DNA of 64,000 bases from an uncultured Gammaproteobacteria bacterium (GCA_964609895.1 CAZSTG010000002.1:3362-67361); one strand, 5' to 3'; positions 37,636 through 47,631 are shown, counted from the stretch's first letter. Program-made: numbers and translations. The notes: generated from the sequence alone by a model not told the origin.

Positions 37636-38514
37636 ATGGAACCACGAAAACCGATTCGAAAAGCAATTATTCCCGCAGCCGGATTCGGCACGAGGTTTTT
37701 GCCGCAGACCAAAGCCATGCCGAAGGAAATGCTGCCGATTGTCGATAAACCGGTGATTCAATATGTTGTCGAGGAACTGGTGGAGTCCGGTATTACGGAA
37801 ATTATCATTGTCACGGGGTGGCACAAACGCGCAATCGAAGATCATTTTGATTATCCCAATGAGCTGATCCAGACGCTCAAAGATCAGGGAAAAGAGCAAA
37901 TGATTGAGGCGGTTAAACGGCCGGCGGAACTTGCCAACTTTGTGTATATCCGGCAAAAAGGGCCGTATGGTAACGGAACGCCGGTACTTTGTGCAAAAGA
38001 CGTCATCGGCGATGAGCCGTTTGTCGTGATTTGGGGAGATGAGTTTATTTACAGCCGTCCCGCGCGTGCAAAGCAGTGTCTGGACGTGTTCGCAAAATAC
38101 GGTGACCCCGTCATTTCCGCAATTCGTGTGCCGAAAGAAGATGTTTCCAGATACGGTATCGTGGAAACGGTGGATGTTGAAAAAAACGTCGGACAGATCA
38201 AACGGTTGATTGAAAAACCATCCATTGCAGAAGCACCGTCCAATTTAGCGGCGCACGGGTGTTATGTGTTGACCCCTGATATTTTTCCGATTCTTGAACA
38301 TGTCAAGCCGGGGAAAAGCGGAGAGATTTGGCTGACTGACGCGATACGGGAACTGATGAAGACGCGGCCTGTATATGCCTGCGAAGTGCAGAATGCGAAA
38401 TATTATGACACGGGAAATAAACTGGAATATCTGAAAACCGTTGTGGAATTCGCGCTCAGTCATAAGGATTTGAACGGAGATTTCCGTGATTATCTGAAGT
38501 CATTGAAATTATAA
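37636..38514 (+). CDS. galU: UTP-glucose-1-phosphate uridylyltransferase
   Basis: KAIIPAAGFGTRFLP.TKAMPKEMLPIVDKP motif. Confidence 0.95.
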   Translation: MEPRKPIRKAIIPAAGFGTRFLPQTKAMPKEMLPIVDKPVIQYVVEELVESGITEIIIVTGWHKRAIEDHFDYPNELIQTLKDQGKEQMIEAVKRPAELANFVYIRQKGPYGNGTPVLCAKDVIGDEPFVVIWGDEFIYSRPARAKQCLDVFAKYGDPVISAIRVPKEDVSRYGIVETVDVEKNVGQIKRLIEKPSIAEAPSNLAAHGCYVLTPDIFPILEHVKPGKSGEIWLTDAIRELMKTRPVYACEVQNAKYYDTGNKLEYLKTVVEFALSHKDLNGDFRDYLKSLKL

Positions 38515-38519
38515 CCGAC

Positions 38520-39050
38520 ATGAAACGATCCATTGCCAAACTGAAAGGGCTCGGCTATATCATCTGGCACGCCAGACACATGCTCTATCATCTGCTTATC
38601 GGCCTTGTGTGGGCATGGTTTTTGCGCGAAATGTGGGATGTATTCAGTTGGAAAATTGTTTTACTTTCCGTGTTCGGGTCATTTTTTCCTGACAGCGAAC
38701 ATCTGGTGTATTTTCTTATTTCAGGAAAGAAAGATGAATATTCCAAACAGGTGAAGGCGTTTTTCAAGGCCAGAGAATGGCGGGTATTGACGTCATTTAT
38801 AGAAACAGGGCATAAATACAACACGAACCTTTCCTATCATAATGTGTATTTTGTGGTATTCCTGATGATTCTCACGATTATCTGTTTCTTGATAGACTGG
38901 GAAGCATGGATGGCGGTTTTAGGCGCAATGGTGTTGCATTACCTTTTTGACATTGCGGATGATTATCATACGCTTGGATATTTGAATGACAATTGGAAAC
39001 GATGGGGAAGTAAGAACAAGAAACCTACAGCTTCACGTACACAAAAATAA
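38520..39050 (+). CDS. Membrane-bound metal-dependent hydrolase (YdjM-like)
   Basis: H..., FPDSEH, YHN and LHYLFD motifs. Confidence 0.65.
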   Translation: MKRSIAKLKGLGYIIWHARHMLYHLLIGLVWAWFLREMWDVFSWKIVLLSVFGSFFPDSEHLVYFLISGKKDEYSKQVKAFFKAREWRVLTSFIETGHKYNTNLSYHNVYFVVFLMILTIICFLIDWEAWMAVLGAMVLHYLFDIADDYHTLGYLNDNWKRWGSKNKKPTASRTQK

Positions 39051-39516
39051 GCGTGCATATAATGGCACTTTCGATACGCATCACCGGATGAGTGATATAG
39101 GTTTTGATAAATACTTTTTTGTCTTCAAGATGCATATCTTTGACGGAATGCAGGATGTTAAAAAACCTTGTGCTGAACGGATAGAGCCATCTGATGCCAC
39201 TTCTCATATCAATGGTATCGAAAAGAAAATGACTGATCACACCGACAGTGAGTATATGTATATATGGAAGAATAGCTGGATAGAACGCTGCAATGAAGTA
39301 TGAAGCTCCGATGATACAGAACCAGAAGAGCGGTGTGTGCAGGAGACTTTCCCTGTGATTTTTGGACATGGGGATATATAACACATCAAAATCCGGCAGG
39401 TTTGCCGCAATCACGCCGATGGGATAGATCATAGGAGATGCTAGGGGAATCATCCCTGTATCAACGGATATTTTTGCAAGAACAATACCAAATAACGTGT
39501 GTGTAAGTGTTGTCAT
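39025..39516 (-). CDS. Membrane-bound metal-dependent hydrolase (YdjM-like)
   Basis: THT, LPDFD, HRESLLHT, SHFLFD and GIRWLYPF motifs. Confidence 0.8.
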   Translation of the reverse strand: MTTLTHTLFGIVLAKISVDTGMIPLASPMIYPIGVIAANLPDFDVLYIPMSKNHRESLLHTPLFWFCIIGASYFIAAFYPAILPYIHILTVGVISHFLFDTIDMRSGIRWLYPFSTRFFNILHSVKDMHLEDKKVFIKTYITHPVMRIESAIICTLIFVYVKL

Positions 39517-39587
39517 AATAAAATAAAATAGTGTTATCGGATAATAATTATACTCGGGAAAAACCCACCTCTTTCTTCATCGCGCGT

Positions 39588-40184
39588 TTATTTATTGGGA
39601 GTAAAGGTGGACACAAGTGTGTCAAAAATCTGTATACTTTCCGGCGTTGCCTTGTTTTTTCCGGAATCATAAATTAGCAGATAGTTTGTGTTGTCGACAA
39701 GGATCGGGCCGATATGGATGACAGTGCCCGTATTGGAATACCCTTTGACTCTAGTGGTACGCTGTCCTGCTACCGTTACCTGTTTGACCACATCTCTTGT
39801 TGTGATGAATTTTATATTCGGATCAGTGTTTTTGGGGTAGGAAACAACGAACATGGAATATCCTGCATCGGGCGGAGTCCATGTGTCCAAGAGAACCTGC
39901 GGTTTTATTTCATTGCTTTTGGTTTGTAATTCCGTCGGATATTTTGCGGCATAGCTCACTCCCGCGAATCCTTTCCACGCCGTTGTATCCAGATTCCCTT
40001 GGTCGGGCGAGGTATCTGCCTGTGCTCCGCCACGCATCTGGGATGCGGTATTTTTTTGTTTCTGTGCAGCATACAGCCAGAAACTGAGTGCAAGAGACAG
40101 GAATACTGCAATAACAATAATAGCGGTGGTTTTTTTTGAGGTACTGCCCGATGTATGTTTCGGGTCGACTGCATTGTCTTCCAT
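39588..40184 (-). CDS. TM-anchored PsbP-like exported protein
   Basis: TM, then W..F.....KYP and a terminal FDTLVSTF. Confidence 0.6.
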   Translation of the reverse strand: MEDNAVDPKHTSGSTSKKTTAIIVIAVFLSLALSFWLYAAQKQKNTASQMRGGAQADTSPDQGNLDTTAWKGFAGVSYAAKYPTELQTKSNEIKPQVLLDTWTPPDAGYSMFVVSYPKNTDPNIKFITTRDVVKQVTVAGQRTTRVKGYSNTGTVIHIGPILVDNTNYLLIYDSGKNKATPESIQIFDTLVSTFTPNK

Positions 40185-40227
40185 ATATCAATAACTATAC
40201 TCATTCTTCCGTATTGTGTCTAGTCTG

Positions 40228-40298
40228 CAGGGGCGTCAGGATTCGAACCTGAAAGAGCGGTTTTGGAGACCGCCATGATACCGTTTCATCACGCCCCT
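40228..40298 (-). tRNA. tRNA-Trp(CCA)
   Basis: Anticodon arm GCGGT-CTCCAAA-ACCGC; TTCGAAT T-loop. Confidence 0.92.
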
Positions 40299-40321
40299 AA
40301 CGGATTTCATTATATCAGGAA

Positions 40322-40816
40322 TTACGGTATGAGCGTGAGGGAGTTTATCATGGCGTTAAACCCCATACCAATGCCCGAAATAAGGATATCCATACCCGTT
40401 TTCGGATGAGTGAGCAGGAAAACATCAATCGGTCTACCATCTTTGGGTGTTGCGGTGTGATACAGGATGCCCGACATACTGCCAATCTGTACTGTTTCTT
40501 TGTTATCTTCGGAAACGGCAATACTGGGAATATCTTTTTGACAGGCAAGGACAATCGTATCAGTGTCGGATGTAAACGTTGCGCTTCGTGTTGCTTCTTT
40601 CACTTGAAAGGATTCGGGGTAAGAAAGAGAAACACCACAATCAAGGTTGGTGTATGGACGCATGTTCAACAGTTTGGGAGTTGGAGATGCTGTTGGCGTT
40701 ACAGCGGGTGTTGCTGCAGTAGGTTCCTGATTGATTTTTTTCCCGACATTAAATCCGACAAGAAGCGAAGCGATAACTGCGAGGAGCACGACTAGAATAA
40801 AAGTATTTTTATGCAT
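40322..40816 (-). CDS. TM-anchored PsbP-like exported protein
   Basis: TM, PT linker, YTN..CGVSLSYP and a terminal FNAMINSL. Confidence 0.6.
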   Translation of the reverse strand: MHKNTFILVVLLAVIASLLVGFNVGKKINQEPTAATPAVTPTASPTPKLLNMRPYTNLDCGVSLSYPESFQVKEATRSATFTSDTDTIVLACQKDIPSIAVSEDNKETVQIGSMSGILYHTATPKDGRPIDVFLLTHPKTGMDILISGIGMGFNAMINSLTLIP

Positions 40817-40934
40817 ACGTAATACAGGTTGTTTGTATTATAGCGAATATTTTTTACCCCTGCAGATGCGTTTTTATCAAACAATTTCACGATGGAAAAT
40901 GCGTATTTGAAGCTAGATCAAAGCTAGCATTTCA

Positions 40935-40985
40935 CGAGGGTCTGACCCTCTCTTTTTTGAAGCTACGCGAGGGTCTGACCCTCGC
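40935..40985. repeat. REP doublet
   Basis: Same palindromes; two extra AAGCTA motifs upstream (40910-40926). Confidence 0.9.
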
Positions 40986-40993
40986 AAAGGGGA

Positions 40994-41167
40994 TTAGTCT
41001 AAGTGACCGGTTTCCTTATGCTCCGTATGTTTTTTGCAGTGTCTGCAGTATTTATTGAGGTGCAATTTTTCCGGAGTATTAATTTTATTCCGTTTTGTTA
41101 TATAGTTGGTCGCTTTGCACACGGTGCAGACGAGTCCAATGAGTAGCCGTTGATCTTTCTTTGCCAT
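40994..41167 (-). CDS. rpmG: 50S ribosomal protein L33 (zinc-ribbon type; absent from the ORF track)
   Basis: MAKKDQRLLIGLVCTVCKATNYITKRNKINTPEKLHLNKYCRHCKKHTEHKE. Confidence 0.95.
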   Translation of the reverse strand: MAKKDQRLLIGLVCTVCKATNYITKRNKINTPEKLHLNKYCRHCKKHTEHKETGHLD

Positions 41168-41209
41168 AAGAACCGTATTATATCGTATTTGATGATGCGC
41201 GCCAAGGGG

Positions 41210-42100
41210 TTAGTCGAGCAGGTTGTTTTTGACGATGGCATCAGCAATTTTTGTAGCCATCAGCGCACGGCCTTTATCTGAATAATGGATATGATCACCG
41301 CTGTTTATATAGGTGAGATTTCCATTGCCGTCGGGCAAGAGTGAAGGATGATAGGCATCAGCAAGCGGTAAATGTTCACCGTTTGCAAACCGGACGGTGT
41401 TTTCCAGATATTTTTTTATCGTTGTTGTGCGTTGCCACTTCTCAATGACGGAAAATGAAAGACCATATGCACCGTCGCCAAACCGATTTGCATTCGGCGC
41501 GATGGTTGCCGCCATGACGATTTTGGCGTTCGGCAGATGTGCCTTGATGGTATCCACAGTTTTGGCAAGGAGGAGCCAGTGGGCATCAATTGTACCCGCG
41601 TCATCACCAAATGGATTGTATCCGAATGATTCCACAACCACGATGTCGGGATTTGCGGACACAAGCGGTGCATACGACGTGCCAAGATACGTGTATCCGT
41701 TGGTGATGCGCTCGATGCCGTATTGTATACCGGTGCCGCCAACGCCATAGTTTTTGATGATGAATGTGGTGCGTGGAAAACGTTTTTTGAGTGCTGTTTG
41801 GAGTGTGGGTGCGTTTGGTCCCATGGTGTCCATCATGGAATCTCCGAGGAGTGCAATGGTGACAGCACCTTTTTTTATTGCGCTGTTTTGCTGTTTTGTC
41901 TGCGGCGTCGGAATGACCGAGGGTTTAACAGGACCGATAAATGTGGTGGTGCCGAGGACTGCAGGTGCAGTAGTGGGAATGGGTGTAGATGTCGCCATTA
42001 ATTCCCCAAACGAAGATGCTGCTGATACGGGTTGTGCGAATAATACGAACGTAATGAGCGTCGTGATGAATACGAGAATGGCATGCATGGCATATTCCAT
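41210..42100 (-). CDS. Secreted SGNH/GDSL hydrolase
   Basis: LLGDSM, NYGVGG, GYN and DHIH motifs. Confidence 0.85.
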   Translation of the reverse strand: MEYAMHAILVFITTLITFVLFAQPVSAASSFGELMATSTPIPTTAPAVLGTTTFIGPVKPSVIPTPQTKQQNSAIKKGAVTIALLGDSMMDTMGPNAPTLQTALKKRFPRTTFIIKNYGVGGTGIQYGIERITNGYTYLGTSYAPLVSANPDIVVVESFGYNPFGDDAGTIDAHWLLLAKTVDTIKAHLPNAKIVMAATIAPNANRFGDGAYGLSFSVIEKWQRTTTIKKYLENTVRFANGEHLPLADAYHPSLLPDGNGNLTYINSGDHIHYSDKGRALMATKIADAIVKNNLLD

Positions 42101-42131
42101 GATACGGGTCTTGAGGAAAGCAATCAACTCG

Positions 42132-42518
42132 TTATGCGCGTTTTGCAAGTTTTGCTTTTACTTCTTTTGCGCCGAAATAGTCTTTGCAAAACTTAGTGGT
42201 GAGTTTCGCATCAAACCATGCGCAGGAAAAAATATTCAAATATACAGCCTTTTTGTATTCGGAAAAATGTGCGGTGACGGAACTGGTTTCAATCAGTTGC
42301 ACAAGAGAAAACCCCGAGGTGATTGGATTTTCATGTCCGAAATGGGGGATGAGTGCTTTGCCGTATCGTTTCATGTGGATGACGTGATCACAGAGTTCGA
42401 TGACAAATTTCCTGATTTTTGAGCGTGAGGAAATGGTTGCAAGATTGCAACCATACAGATTTAAGGTTAATTCCTGTCCGAACAATTCACTATCTTCTTC
42501 TCGTGGTGAGTGTAACAT
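42132..42518 (-). CDS. speD: S-adenosylmethionine decarboxylase proenzyme-like protein
   Basis: LNLYGC, GFSLVQLIETSSVTAHF and YLNIFSC motifs. Confidence 0.8.
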   Translation of the reverse strand: MLHSPREEDSELFGQELTLNLYGCNLATISSRSKIRKFVIELCDHVIHMKRYGKALIPHFGHENPITSGFSLVQLIETSSVTAHFSEYKKAVYLNIFSCAWFDAKLTTKFCKDYFGAKEVKAKLAKRA

Positions 42519-42644
42519 AAAAATATTTCCAAAAATAAAACAATAAAATAAAAAACGTGAGCAGTACGTCTTATGTATAAGTGTCAAGGAAAAGAAACGT
42601 GCTGTCAAGAGAGGAAAACAATTTTGGATGAAAAATATTCGTTG

Positions 42645-42716
42645 AGCCCGGGGGGAGAATCGGACTCCCGACCTTTTTCTTACCAAGAAAACGTTCTACC
42701 ACTGAACTACCCGGGC
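42645..42716 (-). tRNA. tRNA-Thr(GGT)
   Basis: Anticodon arm TTTTC-TTGGTAA-GAAAA; T-loop TCCGATT. Confidence 0.9.
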
Positions 42717-42845
42717 AACATTGGTCTTCATTTTATCAAAATTTCCAGCCTTTGTATTGTTGACTTTTTTTCTCATGAACAATACAGTGGTGGAGCGCAT
42801 GATTTTTCAAAAATCTTCGACTAATCATATATCAGGAGATATACT

Positions 42846-43787
42846 ATGAACAATATTTTGGTGACAGGAGCGTTCGGACAGATTGGCAGTGAGCTGGTGC
42901 CAGCATTGCAGAAAAAATTTGGTGTGGAGCATGTGGTGGCAATCGGGCATCACAACATTCCAAAAGATTTCAAAGGCATTGTGGAAATTGCGGACGTCAG
43001 TGAGGGAGAAAAACTGGAAGCCATCATCAAAAAATATTCCATTGATACGGTCTACCATCTTGTGTCGCTTCTTTCCGCCAAAGGGGAAGTGGATCCGTTG
43101 TTGACGTGGCAGGTGAACATGGGTGGGCTAAAAACTATTTTGGATTTGGGAGTGAAGTACAAACTGCAAATATTTTGGCCAAGTTCCATTGCAGCATTCG
43201 GCCCCACGACACCGCGGGTTGAAACTCCGCAGCGGACAGTATTGGAACCAACCACGATGTACGGAGTGACCAAAGTTGCGGGAGAACTCATGGTTTCCTA
43301 CTACCATAAAAAATATGGGCTTGATGTTCGGTCTATCCGGTACCCAGGACTTATCAGTTTTAAAACACCCCCAGGTGGCGGCACGACGGATTATGCGGTG
43401 GCCATCTTTTATGATGGGCTGCAAAAAGGAACATATGAATGTTTTGTCCGTCCGGATACGACACTTCCCATGATGTATATGGATGATGCGGTTAGAGGAA
43501 CGATGGAACTCATGGATGCAGACCCGACGAAACTGACCGTGACGACGAGCTACAATTTTGCGGCCATCAGTTTTACAGCGGAAGAATTAGCTAGGGAAAT
43601 CCAAAAACATATAAAAGTCGAAGTAACCTATGCGCCGGATGCACGTCAGGCAATCGCTGACAGCTGGCCGCAGTCCATTGACGATGGAGCCGCACGGACA
43701 GACTGGGGATGGAAGCATGAATTTACGCTTTCAAAAATGACAACAGTGATGATTGCGGAACTACAAAAGAAGTTTGGAATGGTCTGA
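42846..43787 (+). CDS. tdh: L-threonine 3-dehydrogenase (SDR/GalE-like type)
   Basis: TGAFGQIG, LLSA.GE, PSSIAAFG, YGVTK, PGGGTTDYAV and RQAIADSWP; same operon as kbl. Confidence 0.88.
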   Translation: MNNILVTGAFGQIGSELVPALQKKFGVEHVVAIGHHNIPKDFKGIVEIADVSEGEKLEAIIKKYSIDTVYHLVSLLSAKGEVDPLLTWQVNMGGLKTILDLGVKYKLQIFWPSSIAAFGPTTPRVETPQRTVLEPTTMYGVTKVAGELMVSYYHKKYGLDVRSIRYPGLISFKTPPGGGTTDYAVAIFYDGLQKGTYECFVRPDTTLPMMYMDDAVRGTMELMDADPTKLTVTTSYNFAAISFTAEELAREIQKHIKVEVTYAPDARQAIADSWPQSIDDGAARTDWGWKHEFTLSKMTTVMIAELQKKFGMV

Positions 43788-43788
43788 T

Positions 43789-44139
43789 ATGCAATATATT
43801 TTTACGAAAGATCAATCGCCGAAGTTTGAAAAACACGGTGTTTCCATGTGGCAACTCGGCGGTACCCTTGAACAACCTGAAAAAATAATCTATCAGGAAA
43901 CGATGAAGGGGCATGACGAAGAATTTCTCAATACGACAAGCACATTCAAATATTTTATTTTGGAAGGGAACGGCGAATTTATCATCTCCGGTCAGTCGTA
44001 TCCGGTTTTTGCAGGAAATGTCGTGATCATTCCGCCCAAGACCCCGTTTTATTACAAAGGGAATTTGAAGCAAATCCTTGTCACTGCACCAAGTTGGAAA
44101 GAAGGAACAGATGTACATATTAAAGATAGTATTTTATAG
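43789..44139 (+). CDS. Cupin domain protein
   Basis: [11 protein letters not shown]......AG.VVIIP pattern. Confidence 0.75.
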   Translation: MQYIFTKDQSPKFEKHGVSMWQLGGTLEQPEKIIYQETMKGHDEEFLNTTSTFKYFILEGNGEFIISGQSYPVFAGNVVIIPPKTPFYYKGNLKQILVTAPSWKEGTDVHIKDSIL

Positions 44140-44150
44140 AAAGGACAGAT

Positions 44151-45362
44151 ATGACAGATCCACTGCAACCGTTTTATGATCAGATTGAGACGATGAAAGA
44201 GAAGGGGCTCTATAGCACCATCCGTACGGTAGAGTCGCCGCAGGGCGCATGGCTCGCGGTGAACGGGAAAAAGGTTTTGAATTTCTGTTCCAATAATTAT
44301 CTTGGGCTTGCCGCGCATCCCAAAGTTCGAGCAGCAGCAACTAGTGCAATTAAAAAATACGGGGTCGGGCCCGGAGCAGTGCGTACATTATCGGGAACCA
44401 ATGTACTCCATTTGGCTCTTGAGGAGGAAATGGCGAAATTTAAGAAATGTGAAGCGGCACTTGTGGTGCAGGGAGGGTTTATCGCTAACATCATTGCTAT
44501 CCAGACCATCATGGGAAAAGAGGATATCGTGATTTCCGATGAACTCAATCATGCATCCATCATCGACGCGGTGAAAATTGCGCAGATTCAAAACAAGTTT
44601 ATTTATAAACACAACGACATGACGGATCTCGAAAAGAAGCTGCAGGAGATCCAGACATTGGCAGCAACCCCGAGGGCTGACGGATCAAAACGGCTGGTTT
44701 TGATCGTCACGGATGGCGTCTTTTCCATGGACGGCGATATTGCGCCGCTTCCTGATATCGTGCGTCTTGCCAAGAAATACGGCGCAATTACTATGACGGA
44801 TGATGCGCATGGTGAGGGAGTTTTGAGCAGCCATGGTCGGGGAATTGTGGATTATTTCCATTTGCACGGACAGGTGGATATTGAGGTAGGAACATTTTCC
44901 AAAGCGCTCGGCGTTTTGGGCGGTGTGATTGCGGGAAAGAAGGAACTCATTGAATACTACCGTCAAAAGGCGCGTCCATTTGCCTTTTCCACGGGACTGA
45001 CTGTTCCTGATACCGCAGCGCTCATTGCGGGAATAAAATTGCTTGAAAGTTCAGATACATTGGTGAAAAAAGTATGGGCAAACGGGAATTATCTGAAAAA
45101 GGAATTTCAAAAGCTCGGATTTGATACCGGCGTGTCAGAAACACCGATTACACCCGTGATGATTGGTGATGAAAATCTTGCTAAGACGTTCAGCGCAAAG
45201 CTTTTTGAACACAATGTGTTTGCAACGCCAATTAAGTTTCCGATGGTGGCTCTTGGCAAAGCACGCATCCGTGTGATGCCGTCAGCTTCTCACACAAAAA
45301 AGGATTTGGACTTTGGTATTGCCGCATTTCAAACGGTCGGCAAAGAACTTGGGATTATCTAA
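44151..45362 (+). CDS. kbl: Glycine C-acetyltransferase (2-amino-3-ketobutyrate CoA ligase)
   Basis: [41 protein letters not shown] and GKARIR motifs. Confidence 0.88.
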   Translation: MTDPLQPFYDQIETMKEKGLYSTIRTVESPQGAWLAVNGKKVLNFCSNNYLGLAAHPKVRAAATSAIKKYGVGPGAVRTLSGTNVLHLALEEEMAKFKKCEAALVVQGGFIANIIAIQTIMGKEDIVISDELNHASIIDAVKIAQIQNKFIYKHNDMTDLEKKLQEIQTLAATPRADGSKRLVLIVTDGVFSMDGDIAPLPDIVRLAKKYGAITMTDDAHGEGVLSSHGRGIVDYFHLHGQVDIEVGTFSKALGVLGGVIAGKKELIEYYRQKARPFAFSTGLTVPDTAALIAGIKLLESSDTLVKKVWANGNYLKKEFQKLGFDTGVSETPITPVMIGDENLAKTFSAKLFEHNVFATPIKFPMVALGKARIRVMPSASHTKKDLDFGIAAFQTVGKELGII

Positions 45363-45366
45363 CAAT

Positions 45367-45419
45367 GGAGAGGGTCAGACCCTCTCCTGAAGCTAATTTT
45401 TCAAGGGTCAGACCCTCGC
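45367..45419. repeat. REP doublet
   Basis: Same palindromes, spacer TCCTGAAGCTAATTTTTC. Confidence 0.9.
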
Positions 45420-45424
45420 AGGCT

Positions 45425-46426
45425 ATGAAACGATGGATGATTGTGTCTCTTATTCTGTGCGGCGTGATCGCCAGCGGCTTGGTGGGATGGTTTCTCTTTT
45501 CCAAAGAACGGCCCGTCCTTGTCAGTCCACTCAGTGGTATTCGGGAAAAGCCGCTTGAAAAATATTCCATACCGCGGTTGCGTATGAGACAATTTGTGCC
45601 GTCCACAATTGTGTTGGGTGAGCCGATAGCGACAGCGAGCGCATATACCGTGCACCCGTTTTCGTTTGTCAGTGATGGAAAAAAAGTGACGGGAATTGCC
45701 CATATACCAACGTCAACAAATCCTGAAAGAAAATTTCCTGTGATTGTACAATTGCGCGGGTATGTAGGTCGGGAAATATATACGGCGGGGATGGGAACAA
45801 CGCATAGCGCGGAAGTATATGCATCAAACGGGTATATTTCTCTGGCGCCTGATTTTTTAGGATATGGTGAATCTGATATGCCATCAACAAGCCCTATTGA
45901 AGAACGATTGGAAACGTATACGACCGCGTTAACACTTCTTGCATCTGTTCCGACCTTGCCATATGCCGATTTGACCCATATTGGATTGTGGGGACACAGT
46001 AACGGCGGACAGATAGCACTCACACTGCTTACGATTCTTGGTGATCGTGCAGTGCCAACGGTGGTATGGGCACCGGTGACGAAACCGTTTCCATATAATA
46101 TTTTGTACTATACAGATGAATTTGATGATCGGGGAAAGGCACTCAGGAAAGTGGTTGCGGATTTTGAGGCGGAGTATGACGCGGATGTGTATTCCATGAC
46201 ACAATATCTTGACGGGATTGCCGTCCCCATACAGCTTTCTCAGGGGACACGCGATGATGCGGTTCCTGTCGCGTGGAGCGATACGTTTGTAAAAACACTG
46301 GAAGAGAAGGAAAAAGACATTACGTATTTCACATACTCCGGCGCGGATCACAATTTAGCGGGGGGTGATGCATGGAATACGGCGATGACGCGCGATATGC
46401 AATTTTTCAAGAATGCATGGAAGTAG
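45425..46426 (+). CDS. Membrane-anchored alpha/beta hydrolase (S9-like)
   Basis: APDFLGYG, GHSNGG, GTRDDAVP and ADHN. An in-frame ATG at 45365 would add the REP peptide. Confidence 0.88.
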   Translation: MKRWMIVSLILCGVIASGLVGWFLFSKERPVLVSPLSGIREKPLEKYSIPRLRMRQFVPSTIVLGEPIATASAYTVHPFSFVSDGKKVTGIAHIPTSTNPERKFPVIVQLRGYVGREIYTAGMGTTHSAEVYASNGYISLAPDFLGYGESDMPSTSPIEERLETYTTALTLLASVPTLPYADLTHIGLWGHSNGGQIALTLLTILGDRAVPTVVWAPVTKPFPYNILYYTDEFDDRGKALRKVVADFEAEYDADVYSMTQYLDGIAVPIQLSQGTRDDAVPVAWSDTFVKTLEEKEKDITYFTYSGADHNLAGGDAWNTAMTRDMQFFKNAWK

Positions 46427-46432
46427 CCGTAA

Positions 46433-46486
46433 GGAAAGGGTCTGACCCTCTCCTTTTTGAAGCTACGCGAGGGTCAGACCCTCTCC
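46433..46486. repeat. REP doublet
   Basis: Same palindromes and GAAGCTACGC spacer. Confidence 0.9.
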
Positions 46487-46489
46487 AAC

Positions 46490-46521
46490 AAAAAACACGG
46501 AGGCGTGCCCCGTGTTTTTTT
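46490..46521. terminator. Bidirectional terminator
   Basis: AAAAAACACGG/CCGTGTTTTTT between convergent genes. Confidence 0.75.
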
Positions 46522-46542
46522 AGTTTTATATTTTTATTTCGT

Positions 46543-47049
46543 TTACGGTAGGGTCATCGTGCCGGCTGTACAGGACGCTGATGCTCCCTGATCGTCCGTC
46601 ACCATCGTTTTCATGGTGACTGCCGCGCCTTTGATGAGTTCTACTGCCTTGGTGGTGCATTGATATGTCTGTCCGCCGCGTTCGTCAGCCGGTTTTAATA
46701 CGGCATTTGTCTCTGATGTTGCAAGTATTTTTCCGTCCGCATTTGCTGTGACCGTAAATGTACAGGTGATGCTTTTGGTTGTCAGCAGTGCAGAGCCTTC
46801 TGCAGATAAGTAGTATTTTGGAAATCCGATCATCGGATTGTACCATTGCTTATCGCAGGAGAGCTTGGTAATCATGGTTTTTTCTTCTACGACCGGTGGG
46901 GTTGTACTGGTTGTTTCCGCAGGTGCAGCTTTTGGTTTTGGCCACAAAAGTACTCCCGCAACGATAACGGCAACTACGATGATAGCGCCGATGATATATA
47001 CGCTTGAGGTTTCACCCTCTTGATGTGTGTTCTGGGTTTCGTTTTCCAT
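46543..47049 (-). CDS. TM-anchored exported protein with four Cys
   Basis: TM YIIGAIIVVAVIVAGVLLW followed by a beta-rich domain. Confidence 0.7.
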   Translation of the reverse strand: MENETQNTHQEGETSSVYIIGAIIVVAVIVAGVLLWPKPKAAPAETTSTTPPVVEEKTMITKLSCDKQWYNPMIGFPKYYLSAEGSALLTTKSITCTFTVTANADGKILATSETNAVLKPADERGGQTYQCTTKAVELIKGAAVTMKTMVTDDQGASASCTAGTMTLP

Positions 47050-47106
47050 ATGTAGATACTATATATATAAATGAAGTTATTTTGCAAGAGGCGAGAGGAT
47101 TTGTTG

Positions 47107-47178
47107 AGCCGAGACGGGGATTCGGACCCCGGACCTACTGTTTACAAAACAGTTGCTCTACCACTGAGCTATCTCGGC
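47107..47178 (-). tRNA. tRNA-Thr(TGT)
   Basis: Anticodon arm ACTGT-TTTGTAA-ACAGT; T-loop TCCGAAT. Confidence 0.9.
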
Positions 47179-47209
47179 AAGCAGTGTTGGTGTTTGATAC
47201 GCTCATGAG

Positions 47210-47294
47210 TGTCAGGACCAGGATTCGAACCTGGGTAGCCCGTTAAGGCGACAGTTTTACAGACTGTTGCGATTGTCCACTCTGCCATCCTGAC
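47210..47294 (-). tRNA. tRNA-Tyr(GTA)
   Basis: Anticodon arm ACAGT-CTGTAAA-ACTGT; long variable arm. Confidence 0.92.
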
Positions 47295-47366
47295 AATATG
47301 TGACAGTTGTCATTATATCGTAAACAAACGCTGCTTTCCATGACGTTTTTATGTGTGTAAATAAAC

Positions 47367-47395
47367 TTGACAACGGGATTGATTTATTTTACGCT
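47367..47395 (+). promoter_or_regulatory. Sigma70-type promoter
   Basis: TTGACA-17-TACGCT. Confidence 0.7.
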
Positions 47396-47401
47396 TACTA
47401 G

Positions 47402-47578
47402 TGCTCGGAAGGGATTTTTGTAAAGTTATTTTTTCTCTACAAATTTCTCATCAATGAGGTTCGCATCTGTTAATTTTTATCAGATGCTACAGGACCACAG
47501 TATTGTGTACCCGAGGGTACACAATCAGTCCTACCAATTAGTTCTAGACGGGAAAAACCTTTACAAACCCTTCGAGCG
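47402..47578 (+). ncRNA. Candidate ~177-nt structured ncRNA
   Basis: Ends pair into a long stem enclosing three hairpins; starts at the expected distance from the promoter. Confidence 0.6.
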
Positions 47579-47631
47579 GAATTATTTTCTTCTCTTTCTT
47601 TCTGTTGTCGTTTTCGTGATACGATAGAGCT

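Noticed and set aside
37543-37956. N-terminal 138 aa of the 710-aa ORF
   Set aside because: Antisense shadow of galU; the signal peptide starts at 37542.
42519-42686. Longer start for speD
   Set aside because: It runs through tRNA-Thr; ATG 42518 fits the family length.
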